32,263 bases of DNA. It comes from Jimgerdemannia flammicorona (lineage: Eukaryota). Under the pieces are notes generated by a model. That model was given only the letters and a program-made list of their open reading frames with translations, ran no database searches and was not told the origin of the DNA. The DNA lies in NCBI GenBank assembly GCA_003990765.1, contig RBNJ01000359.1:1-32263 (forward strand), read 5' to 3'. Both the position numbers and the translations under genes were made by a program. Below, piece by piece: positions 1-11,833 of the stretch. Positions within the stretch are counted from its first letter, which is position 1. Each line of letters starts with the position of its first letter.

Positions 1-310
1 TCTCATTATTCATGTCGATGACGATTGATTCTTCGGATTGTGCCCGGGCGATTCCGACCAAGGTTTTTTCGGTGTCACTTTTGAATGGGCGGACCGGTGG
101 AGCCCCAGCGGCGGTGGCGCCACCAACTGTGGATGCAATTGTTTTCACCGATCCAATTGTCATAATATGCTGCGTGACAAGGGTGTGGTCTTCGATAGGA
201 GTGTGCGGGTCGACCTCCTCTGTGGATATGACGATTGGTTCTTCGGTGTCGATGATCTCTTCTTCTGTGGCGTAGGGAAATTCCTGCGTCTCGAGACCTG
301 GGTCGGCCAT
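1..310 (-). CDS. 5' end of a third TRP-like channel paralog (copy C), runs off the left edge
   Basis: ATG at 310 opens MADPGLETQEFPYATEEEII...PVRPFKSDTEKTLVGIARAQSEESIVIDMNNE, open to base 1. This matches copy B (PVRPFKSDTEKTLVGIGRIQSEEPIVIDMNE). Upstream DNA at 311-1750 is homologous to 8160-9680. The first ATG of copies A and B is GTG here (338-340). Confidence 0.85.
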   Translation of the reverse strand, partial: MADPGLETQEFPYATEEEIIDTEEPIVISTEEVDPHTPIEDHTLVTQHIMTIGSVKTIASTVGGATAAGAPPVRPFKSDTEKTLVGIARAQSEESIVIDMNNE

Positions 311-546
311 GGCTTCTTCTGGATTTGTGGTTATAGTCACACTTTGCTACCAAAGCAACGAGCTGAGTGTCTTGCTGTATGGTGGGATGCAATCCGGCAA
401 GGTTTCATTAGAGAATCGTCGGATGCGCGACTGAATCTGGTAACGATTGGTGTTGGTTTGAAATCTCACCTTGTAAGAAACGTGATGGAACTCAAATATT
501 CCTTCGGTTTAAGTGATATTTCCTGTTACAAGAGGTGGTTGCGGGA

Positions 547-582
<36 letters not shown>
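547..582. repeat. (AAT)12 microsatellite
   Basis: Perfect AAT run upstream of copy C. Confidence 0.95.
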
Positions 583-2129
583 TAAAGGAGGCTCATCAGG
601 AAGACGACGATGTTAGCTACAAGTGCTACTTACGGTGTAAGGGTCGGATGTATCCAAATCTGTTGCCAGTTTGCAATTCCCAGTAATGGGTATAAGCACT
701 CAATTGCCTCAGTATTTAACGTGATCCGCGAATTTGAATTAAGCAGAACGCGTTATAGTGTCCAATACACTTCCGGTCCACATCTTACAAACCCTAATTG
801 TGTATATATATCGATCAACGATATGCAGGTGTCAAAATGGGGGAAATTGGGAGCGCGGGTCCAGCGCTTACGCCATAGTCGAATATAATCCCCGACACGG
901 AATTGAACAAAAAAGCTTCCGCAAATTGACCACGGATCGACTGCGATGTAAATCCCTTCCCAAGTTGTTAGGTAGCATAGCAGTTTGTTTTTCCTTTGTT
1001 TACATATTTGTTTATAGAAAGAGTCAAAACCGTAATGATTGGATTGAGTGTACCACTGCCTTACGTCGCTTCAAGGTGTACGACTTCGCCTTTTTTTTAA
1101 AAAAAAAGTACCCTGTGCTGCAACCCTGAATTCAAGGTTTCGATCAGAAGGTGTCCTAATGTCTGATATTATTTACCAAAGGGAAAATGACTGTTTTCGG
1201 TGACCGAAACCCTTGGTTTGCCTCCCCCTTCTCAGAGCACGACAATGACAAAAATTGACCCCATCCGTGTAACAAGAGATAACGATTGACAGAAAGCGAA
1301 CAAAAGTGCCTCTTACAGGTGTAGATCGAAAGGTTAAGGGCGACTGTTGTGAGAGGATTGGTTACGATGACACCTGCAGAAGTTGGACAGAGCAAGTGTC
1401 GCACTTGCTATCCGTAACTCCGTCGGTCATGCTTTAAGGTCGCCTAAATATTTATCTGCACTCTTTTCATCACATTGTCCATTAATGGGGACAGTCTGCA
1501 CCTGTTAGGACGATTGAATGTTGTCCGAAACATGACATAGATTGGTTGTGTTATGAATATCAATCAATGCGATCACATTAGCTTGCCCAGAAGCTCTGGT
1601 CAACCCCATTGGGCCCAGCCTGTACTTACATCCCTAGTTGTACCTAACCCCTGGGAGCTGGAGAAATTCATCGGTTACGTGGGGTTTATCTACTGCAGTA
1701 TTTCCCGACCGAAACCAGCGATGCTTGTTTGTCTTTCGTAAGTTGGGAAAGAGACAAGGAGTTGTTCTGCCAATAATCGTCGTCGTTTTATCAACACTTT
1801 TATAAGTTGTAACAGGTTAGGTCCGACCCGTTCGGAGGATTAAAATTCTTTTTCCATTTACACGGGTATTGCAACCTTGTACATTTGTTGACCTCATGTG
1901 GGAAGGCGGTTTTGCCCCTGCTAAAGGGGCTCGTTAGTTGGCTTCTAGAACTACCAAAACCGGCAGGGCTACCTGTTTGCGAGGACAGTTAGTGGATTAC
2001 TTTAATGTGCTAGCTGGAAAAATTCAAATTCCGACATAACCGAATGTGTGTTCAACTTTCATATTTTTGTAAAAGCTTCCGGTACAATTTTGCCTTTTCT
2101 TTTGCATCATCGTAACATTGCACTGCAGT

Positions 2130-2345
2130 TTAATTGTCGTTCTGAGGATAATTGTCGTTCTACTTTCTGTGTTTATTTAGCGTGTTACGTTCTGTAATTG
2201 TCCTATTATGTTCTGCGGTAATTCTTTGTTGTGCGGATTATCGTCGTCAGTTCGTCGTTCTACACTTAATCATTGTTCTACAGTTAAAAGTCGTTTTACA
2301 ATTAATGGACATTCTACAATTAATGGACATTTTACTGTTAATCGT
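2130..2345. repeat. Degenerate ~18-bp minisatellite in the TRP 3' flank
   Basis: Units ttaatcattgttctacag, ttaaaagtcgttttacaa, ttaatggacattctacaa, ttaatggacattttactg. A related tract lies at about 13595-13765. Confidence 0.55.
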
Positions 2346-2557
2346 TAATCCCCCGTTATTTTAATAAATAGAAGAAAATGCCTATCAAGATTTTGAATAT
2401 GTAGCCGCAAAGGGAGCCCAAGTATTTTAGAAACAAACTAAATCACAAGAAAAAGAACACCAAACGGCATCCGCCAAAATCATTCAGACTCACTGCACGG
2501 TCATCCTATCTAACACAATGAACATTAATCTGGCCCGCTCCAAACCCTTTTTACCGC

Positions 2558-5500
2558 TCAACTATCGACCGAAATGTCATCCAACTTCAACTTCTTCCAC
2601 ACCATGTCCTTCAGCTCCGAAGCCTCGACACCTGAAACACCATTCAAAGCCAAAATCGAATCCACAAGCCAAGTCGTCCTTTCGGCCAGACCCTTATTCT
2701 TGACATCCTCGGCATTCTTGACAGCCTTGGCAACCTTGGCATCCTCGGTATCCTTGGCCTCCTTGGCCTCCTTCTCCGCATCAGGCCACTCTCCCAACGG
2801 CCACCTTAACGGGTAGTAATTGAACTTTACGGCTGCGTCCTTCTTCTTTACGATATTCCTTTCCATTTCCTCCTTTTCGAGCTTAGCACTATGGCTATCA
2901 TTGTATTGTTGAATGGTGTCGGTATGAGCTGTACAATAAGAATAAAAACATTTCAATTCATATATTTAGATTATGAAGAAATGGCGCAGAGATCACAACT
3001 ATCTTTACTGAACGAGGTCACAATTACCGTAGTATACAACATAGCGTGGGAACCATATCGGGTTGCGGCGCTGGTAAGGCAACATCAAAAACTGTTCAAT
3101 TTCCGCTTCAAGATAAGCCATATCCTATATTGTGGGTGGTGATTGATAAATAGTTAACACTTATCCATACACTATACATATATGAAGAGAAATGTCCCGA
3201 ATCGCAATCGCAAAAAGCATACCATAATCCAAGTACGTTGGGCGTCATTAAGCGTGTCAGTGTAGACGTTGTTCTACAAAAATTAGATTAAACATCAGCT
3301 TATCGATTTACGCGTGCATATATCCACAGCTCAAAAATGAAACGAGATACTTACGAGAAGTGCAATGAGAATATTCAATAGGACGATAGTGGTCACGAAT
3401 GCAAATAAGATACGGAGGAACTCCATTGGGGTGTACTGGCTGTAACCCGGTCCGAAAATTTTAAGGGAATCGTCATCCCCACTCAGGAGGAGAAAGACGC
3501 TGTTCATCGCATTCTCCATGTTCGTGAACGAATTTGTATCGTTAGTAGAGTTGTCAGTAGGAATGCCATTGTTAAGGAGAAGAAGTAATGCGTGCGCAAA
3601 TCCGACGATCATGATCAGGAGAGCGATGAGGAAGGGGCCTGCCTTGATAAAAATTTCAATGGCGACGACGATGAAGACACCAAGCTTTCGGAAGACGCGA
3701 AGCTCCATTAGCAGATGTATCCACTGCCCGAGGATCGCGTAACTAGCAATCCAGATTGGCGGGGGAGTTAGGGGATATATCAAGTCCCACCAGGCGTACG
3801 TGAGAGTGAAGCCGAGCTGGACGGCGTCGATATAGTTGTACGCCGATTTTAAGTAATCGAGCCGCCGAACTAACAACTGATGCACCTCATGCAACGTGAA
3901 CAGGGAGCCCAATGCGACCGTAATGATGAGCATTGAAAAGCGAGATTCGTCCGAGACAAAAGGATCGGCATCGGTGGATTTAGCAGACGCCACGGAGAAG
4001 GCGATAAAATAGAGGACGAAAAGGGTGAACCTAGCCCAGAACCGACGGCCGGCGAAGGCAACCCATTTGTAATTCACGACCGCTTCGAACATCGGCTCGG
4101 CGAGATCACGGTGCTGGCTATTTGAGATCTTGATGAATGGACTGCGCGGAGCGACGTAGGTCTTGTAGATGGCCTTAAACATCCCCCAGGAACCGTCAAA
4201 GCTGATGGGATACTCCCTGTATACACATAGGTCTTGCAGTGGGACGTAGCATAGCATGGTAGCACGCCATGGTACAAAACCCGTTAATGACTGGATCGAG
4301 GTGTTGAGAGCTCGGAAGCCCTTAACACCCAAAGATGAGAAGATTCTCCGATAATGCTCCTTTGACCAATTATGCTCGATGAAGGTGTTCACAAAAAGGC
4401 GCGTGAGGAAATGTGAACCATGGGGCGACCAATGGACGTGAATGCACGGATGCAAGTGGCTGTAGCGTGTGAAGGTCACACCAGGTTCGAGTTCCGAGAC
4501 CCATTCGTTGTGGCGGCTCGCCATGGGGAAGATGGAGTGATTGTATGGGACGTACGAAAAATTCTGGGCAATGTAACTTGCCAACTCTGGATGCTTGTTC
4601 TGGATTTTGTGAAGTACCTGGACAAGAGTCGCGGATAGACTAGATTCCGGTATTTCTCCTTCGGCAATAGTGCTAGCTGGTTTTGCCACCTGTTCCACAA
4701 TGTATCGAGTCATCAGCCGAAGGATGTCTTGATATTGCGTGTTGATGGATATTGTCAGCGGACTTTTCCTGCTTTTTTCATCCAGGAAGAGAGGTATCCA
4801 TTTTTGGCGTGACAATACTACTCGAACAATCTTCATGATTTTGTCTAGATTATGAGTGTCAGACTTATACGCAGCCACCCCTGCAAGCCGTACGAGTAGT
4901 TCCATCGGATTTCGTCCATCAACAATAATATTGAACAACTCTGGTTGTTCTCTTGCTGCTTCGTCGAAAATCGAAAGAGTGAAATCCACATACAGTTTGT
5001 GTGCTTTCAAGTTGATGGTAGGTCTATCGAATTGTGGATCCAGTTTCCAAAGATAACGGTGGTATTGCAACAATTGTTCGATACGCTGAGGCCATCGCTG
5101 GCGGCCATCCACCTTGCCGTTCAAGATAGGAGGTTTTTGCTCGTCAGATTTCGGTAAAAGTCCGAGTCGTACCAGATCTGTGCCGACTCGTGCGAAAGAT
5201 GCGACGCTAATGTCGATCTTTTCATCTTCTTTAGCGTAAATCATCCAATCGCATAGTTGTGCGGTGACGTCATTGACTCCTTCCACGACAGCGTGCCAAA
5301 ACGTAACGTGCGTGAAATACTTCCAGTCGCGTTTATCAACATGAAAGGTGGTGTCGAATTCGATCCTGTTGTCGCTGGTGTACGCGATGACGAAATTTAT
5401 GTCGCTTCCATTCCTCCGAAAACTGGTGGAAGTAATTTGGTGGACTTTGATGCCGAGATTGCATTTTATCACACAAGCCGAAGGTGGATTCATCGACGAG

Positions 5501-8187
5501 CCATGGCGCTCCCGGGTTGGAGGATCGACATCGACGTAGAGCGAATCAGTTAAGAGGAATTGATTCTCAGAGCCTGATGTCAGTTTTACGCTTTCGAGCA
5601 CGGATTCGTCTATTTCATCGAGCGTGAACGTCCTTGAGAATATATCTCGGTCGCTAGAATAAAGTAATCTACCAACTTCAACGCCCTCATGCGCCGCCCC
5701 CTGTACATTATCCAATTCGATACGGTGAGAATCAACCAATATTCCAGTGTAAGGATCAAAACATTTGTACAGAGCGAAAGGCGGGGCACCATGTTTGTTT
5801 GAGACTGCGGTAGTTGCGGTGTCAGCCGAGACGATCTGGACGTTAAAGGCCGGGAGGAGTAGCAAGCCGTTCGATATCGGGTCTTTGAGTTCTCCAATGC
5901 TGATGTGTAATCTGATCCACGACTCGATCGCTCGAGTAGGTGAATGCGAAGACAACAAATCTCGCGGTACATACGTGAGATGCTCGAACAATATCGTTCC
6001 TGTTCCAACAGATATTCCTGTAACGTAGTGTTTATCCTTTTTCAGTCGTAACATCAAAAGCACTGAGCAGAAGATCGTCTTTACTACACCAAAAAACTTT
6101 GGCGCTAAATCGTCTTCTTGATTTTGGTCGTGAATGGTGATTTTAGCACTATGTCCTTCAATCGGCCATATCGTCAGTGGTGCGGTTTGCGTTTTGGTGT
6201 GGAAGAGGCCGCTTTTGAGTAGAGGTTGCAAGGATGACTGCTGGGGGTAATATCTGACATTGAATCTTTTTTTGCGTCGCCAAGTGGTGGCGTCGAATGT
6301 AACGATGACTTCGTCGTTGTAAATGACGAGGTACTTCCCGTCGTCGGTGAAAACCGCACCGCCGTAGAGCCCCTTCAAGCTTTTTGGCATTTGGAACTTC
6401 GGGGCGTTCTGGGTGGCAATCAGAGTGACTTGTGCGTCAGCGTTCAGTGTCTCATGTTCCATTTTATCATTTAACGACGGTTCGAATCCCGAGCGGAGGT
6501 CTGTCCAGTAGGGAAACATGGTTGATGGTGGAAGTTCAAACCGACCCTCAAATTCATACGGTTTGTTGCGCCCCAAGCACCATTTCGACAGCGCGATGTA
6601 TTCACCCTTACGAGATATTGATATCATATTGTAGATATTGGCTGGATTTTCCTGCTGTGCGGTTCCAGTCCAGGATTTTGAGCCTTCCGGGTATTTCCAT
6701 GTGGCAGAGCTGCCATCGCTGTTCAACGTCGCAAAGTGTTCGCCATCACCAGAAATGTCAACGGCGACGATCGTCGTCGGCTCAGTGTTGACGGACTTCA
6801 TGTTGACGGCAATTGAGTCATTGGGCTGTGCCCGGCCAACTTCGATTAAGGTTTCTTCAGTGCCATATTTAAATGGGCCGACTGGTCGAGCCTCAGTGAC
6901 AGCGCTACCAACTACGGCTCTCTCCTCGTTCATTTGGGTTAGGAAGGCATTAGCGGACAACTGCAAGGCTGCCTTCAACTGCTGGTTTGCATTGTTTTTG
7001 TTGCCGGTTGTGGTCTTTGGCAGGTACGTGTCAACATTTCCTGGGGATGGCATTGTTGTCACCGATTCGCCAACTACGGCGTCGACGGTTCTCAGTTGGT
7101 TTAACGGCTGGTCTGCATTGTTTTTGTTGCCGGCGGCACCCTCGTTGGACCGGTTCAGATCCTCAGCCTGTCTCGGGACTGGAGTTGGGGGCAGGTATGT
7201 GTAATTACGCCGCTCTTCGAAAAAATCTATTTCCGGTACGACCTCCTCTGTGGTTGTAGAGGTTGGCTCTTCGCTGACGAAGGTCACTTCTTTGTTGGAC
7301 GTGTTCAGATCCTCGGTCCATCTCGGGACTGCATTACGAAGGTCGGCCATGGCTGGATCTGAATCCGGAGTTATGGGCGGATATGTGTACATACGCCGCT
7401 CATTGAGGTTTTCGAAATCTATTTCCGGCTCGCTCTCCTCTGCGGTTGCAGAAGTTGGTTCTTCGTTGACGAAGGTCACTTCTTTGTTGGACGTGTTCAA
7501 ATCCTCGGCCATGGCTGGATCTGAATTCGGAGTTATGGGCGGATATGTGTACATACGCCGCTCATTGAGGTTTTCGAAATCTATTTCTGGCTCGCTCTCC
7601 TCTGCGGTTGTAGAAGTTGGTTCTTCGTTGACGAAGGTCGCTTCTTTGTTGGACGTGTTCAAATCCTCGGCCATGGCTAGATCTGAATTCGGAGTTATGG
7701 GCGGATATGTGTACATACGCCGCTCATTGAGGTTTTCGAAATCTATTTCCGGTTCGCTCTCCTCTGCGGTTGTAGAAGTTGGTTCTTCGTTGACAAAGGT
7801 CACTTCTTTGTTGGACGTGTTCAGATCCTCGGCCATGGTTGGATCTGAATTCGGAGTTAGGGGCGGGCGTGTGTAATTACGCCGCTCATTGAGGTTTTCG
7901 AAATCTATTTCCGGCTCGCCGTCCTCTGCGGTTGTAGAAGTTGGTTCTTCGTTGACGAAGGTCACTTCGTTGAACGTGTTCAAATCCTCGGCCCGTCTCG
8001 GAATGTCGGCCAGAGCCGGGTATGAGTACATACGCCGCTCGTCGAGGGTTTCAAAATCTATTTCCGGTTCGCCCTCCTCTGTGGATGGTTCTTCGCTGAC
8101 GATGATCTCTTCTGTGTAGAAGGTAATTTCCTGGGTATCGAGCTCCTCGTCGGCCATGACTTCGTCTGAATTTGCGGCTGTAGCCAT
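2558..8187 (-). CDS. TRP-like cation channel, copy A (about 1783 aa; exons 8187-3355, 3273-3223, 3124-3028, 2928-2558)
   Basis: The 1618-aa ORF has WD40-like strands (VAVDISGDGEHFAT, ISISRKGEYIAL, AVFTDDGKYLVIY), pre-S1 FEAVVNYKWVAF, six hydrophobic helices, pore LSGD and S6 LLNILIALL. GT-AG splicing joins in-frame exons NNVYTDTLNDAQRTWIM, DMAYLEAEIEQFLMLPYQRRNPIWFPRYVVYY and AHTDTIQQ...stop. Intron positions are identical in copy B. Confidence 0.9.
7150..8100 (-). repeat. Coding tandem repeat of ~162 bp / 54 aa, six units, in the copy A N-terminus
   Basis: Consensus EDLNTSNKEVTFVNEEPTSTTAEESEPEIDFENLNERRMYTYPPITPNSDPAMA. The anchor atcctcggcc recurs at about 7501, 7663, 7825 and 7984. Confidence 0.95.
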
Positions 8188-11100
8188 GATTTGGTACCAA
8201 ACGATACGGGCTGAGTGACGTGCTGCATGGTATGATGTAATTCGGCAGGGTTTTATTAGAGAGAACTGTCGGATACGCAGCTAAATTTGGTACCGATTGG
8301 TGTTAGTTTGGATGCTCACCTTGAAAATTTTCTCAAATGTGCCGAGGTGTCGTTAAATTCCTCGGTTTGGGTGATATTTCCTGTTACAAGATGTGTTTGG
8401 GAAAATAATAATAAATAAATTGAAATAAATACTTTAACGGCTGCTCATCAGGGAGAATGAATGACACTAGTTACAAGCACTACTTACTGCGTAAGCGATT
8501 CAATAGATATATCCAAATGTGTTGCCAGTTTGCAATTCTCTTCACTGCGCCAGTAATGATGTAGGGTGCAAGTTCCTGAGTATTTAACGAGATCCGCGAA
8601 TTTGAATTAAGCAGAACGCGTTATAGTGTCCAATACACTTCCGGTCCACATTTTACAAACTCTAATTGTAATTATATATCGATCAACGATATGCAGGTGT
8701 CAAAATGCGGAAATGGGGAGCGCGGGTCCGGGGCTTACACCTAGTCGAATATAATCCCGACACGGAATTGAACAAAAAAGCTTCCGCAAATTGACCACGG
8801 ACCGACTAGGGGTTTTGCGCCTGGATCTGCGACGTAAATCCTTTCCCAAGTTGTCAGGTAGCACGGCAGTTTATTTTTCCTTTGTTTACATATTTGTTTA
8901 TGGAAAGAGTCAAGACCGTAATGATTGGATTGAGTGTACCACTGCTTTACGTCGCTTCAAGGTGTACGACTTCGCCTTTTTTTTTTTTTTTTGTAAAAAA
9001 AAAACAAAAAACAAAAAACAAAGTACCCTGTACCGCAATCCTGAATTCAAGGTTTCAATCAAAAGGTATTTCAGTGCACGAATATTTATTATAAAGGCTG
9101 TCCAAAGGAAAAGGACTGTTTTCGGTGACCCCCATCCGTGTAACAGGAGAACAGGAGATAACGATTGACAGAAAGCGAACAAAAATGACCAGTGATTATG
9201 TAACAGGAAATGATCACTTATGTGTTGACCCTCTTGCAGGTGTAGATCGAAAGGTTAATGGCGACTGTTGTGAGAGGGTTGGTCACGATGACACCTGCAG
9301 AAGTTGGACAGAGCAAGGGTCGCACTTGCTATCCGTAACTCCGTCGGTCATGCTTTAAGGTCGCCTAAATATTTATCTGCACTCTTTTCATCACATTGTC
9401 CATTAACGGGGACAGTTTGCACCCGTCAGGACGATTGAATGTTGTCCGAAATATGACATAGATTGGTTGTGTTATGAATATCAATCAATGCGATGACATT
9501 AGCTTGCCCAGAAGCTCTGGTCAACCCCATTGGGCCCAGCCTGTACTTACATCCCTAGTTGTACCTAACCCCTGGGAGCTGGAGAAATTCATCGGTTACG
9601 TGGGGTTTATCTACTGCGGTATTTCCCGACTTCTGCTTAACGAAACCAGCGATGCTTGTTTGTCTTTCGTAAGTTGGGAAAATCGGACGGTTGGATCAAA
9701 TTTCGTGCCCTAAGTTGGGAAAGATAATTACATACTTGGTTGGATCAAATGCGTCAACAGCTGATGGGAGATAAATCTGTTTGGAAAATGTCCGATCTGC
9801 AATCGACTATCCTTTATTGCAGAACCCAGAAACTGCCATTACACAGACGGAGGTGCATCACAAATTCTGGTACCATACATTGAGTACCTGTGCCATACAT
9901 CATGTGTATATACCAAGTATGCCATGTAATTATATGACAAAACGTCACCCTTTTTTTTAAAAAAAAATTCGCAGTCACATTCAAGAGCTAGGTTGGCATG
10001 TAATTATATATATACTAAATCAATCTGGTGCTGTTCTGCTGCTAAAGGCATTGCCCACACCGATATTAACGTCCTGGCTTCAAAACCCCACGCCCGATTT
10101 ATCACAAACACGCGATTGTCGGAAATTCAAGGGACCGACCTCTTTTATAACAGCCTAGTTTTCCCATCCAAAGGATCCAACTTTCAGCATAAGACAATGT
10201 TTTCGTTGCTTTAGTTCCGAGACTCCGATCCTACATTTCCATCGGACGTTACGTCAAAGCTTTCTTTATAATGCCGGAATATCAAAATTAGTGAAAGCTC
10301 CAGTGTTGCAGGTGGAGATTGCACTGATGTCGATTCCACTTAGGCATTTCTCTTTTCCAACTGCCCTGGACAAGCAGTGTCTACCGAAAAGCTTGCTACA
10401 CATCCTGCCAGCAAGAATAATTTCAGCCCATCTCTTGGACCTTTGCTTAGATCAAGGGTTCCCGACAATCTTTGTCCGCATTATGTGGGATCGTCGCCTT
10501 TCTGTATTTTCGCCGGGGGCGGATAATTTGGTTGATGGCGGTGGCTAGGTAACGCCAAAAGGATTGCAAAGCTGATGGAGATGGATGGAGTGCGGAGAGT
10601 TGGAATTCAGACTTTGGGTGTCTGAGTTGGGCGGGGAGGCGATGGGCAATGGTTTTAAGGGAACCCCAATCTGTGAGGAGGGAGATGGATCGTTTTGCAT
10701 TGGGATGCTTTCATACATTTATATTTATGTTTCTAATTGATCTTTTATTCAATAGCACTACAAACGCCAAAGCGGAATCTCTTATAATCCGATACTCCTA
10801 ATCCCGAATCGCAACATGGTTCTCTATAGACGTCCCTCACGTTCGACATCCTTGTCCGTCCAAGGCTGGGAGTCATTTCGTGCCAGATTTGGCTGTGGTA
10901 AGGAGTGCAAGAGCGGAACATAGATGGTGGATGCATTGTACGAGGGCCGAAAGTGACTAGTAACAGTAGAAACAGTAGAAACAGTAGATTGCGAGAGCCA
11001 CCGACTGGTAGATGGAGAGATAAAAACAGAACATAAAATTTCCCATCGTCAGTGAGAAATAAATTAATTACAGAATAAGATTGTCTTACGAAACCACGCC

Positions 11101-11311
11101 ACCTTGCTATGTGAGCAAGTGACCTCTGCCTACCCATTGAAGAAAAAAAAAACCCCCCTCTATTCTCTATCCAACATCCCCCCTTTCTCTTACCACATAA
11201 ACGAAATAATGAAAGGCACGCACGCCGAGTGTCCTACCCGCCACCATTATGCTCCAAGCACCTCGCAAACGCCCTTGTAAATAAAGTATCGTCAACACAA
11301 CCCCCACGTCC

Positions 11312-11833
11312 TCACGAGACCAGTGTCTCGACATACCCTCCCGCCTCCACCCCCGCGACACTGGCCGCCTCCTCCTCCGCCCCACTCCAAACACCCTCCC
11401 CCTTCCCTCTCCCTGCGATACAGCGGCGGCCCCGCAACGCGCGCTTCTTCCGTCGGCTGCTCTCCATCCAAGAACACAGGTTTAACCTTTCTCCTGCCCC
11501 CTCCACGCAAGCAAACAGGCCTATAAATCGCTTGCTCGTTCTCGACATTAGCGATCTCGAAGGGCACGGCCCACGCGAGTGGCGGGTCCCCTCTGAAGTT
11601 CCGGCGCGTAAACGTCGCAGTCCGGTGGAAGAGAAGCGAGTAGGTCCCTGAAACACCCGGTGAGAGGGGAGGATAAAGGTCGTGTGGGCCAGGGAGGCTG
11701 TAACGAGGCGCGGGGGTGGGGAGGGTGTAGGGGTGTCAATCCGGAAACAAAGGTCGACGGTTAGGTGGCGGATTGTGGTCGAGCCGAGGCCCCAGGGTGA
11801 GATCAAGAGACGTGGTGTCGCCTGAAAAGAGAC
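11312..11833 (-). pseudogene. Alpha-arrestin last-exon fragment carried by the duplication
   Basis: Homologous to 21799-22430 (GDTTSLDLTL, VPFEIANVE, GGYVETLVS-stop) but with deletions and frameshifts, and with none of the upstream arrestin exons. Confidence 0.85.

Larger units (their letters stand above)
1755..11833. repeat. Segmental duplication unit A (3' flank, TRP gene, upstream region, arrestin last exon)
   Basis: Colinear with 13260-22430 from gagttgttctgccaataatcgtcgtcg (1759/13265) to gtgtcgcctgaaaagagac (about 11833/22430). Confidence 0.9.

Noticed and set aside
38..616. 192-aa ORF with a poly-Ile run
   Set aside because: It is antisense to copy C, and the Ile run is just the AAT microsatellite.
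1553..1741. Short ORF repeated at 9474-9713
   Set aside because: The similarity reflects near-identical duplicated DNA; the ends differ by an indel and it is absent in unit B.
2558..2956. Stand-alone small genes at 2558-2956 and 13996-14253
   Set aside because: They are the last exons of the TRP genes, joined in frame by GT-AG introns.
7250..7876. 208-aa plus-strand ORF and other antisense ORFs over the TRP genes
   Set aside because: These are shadow frames of the minus-strand coding sequence with no independent motifs.
7150..8100. CRISPR-like array from the regular 162-bp repeats
   Set aside because: The units are contiguous, lack unique spacers and are in-frame coding repeats in a eukaryotic gene.
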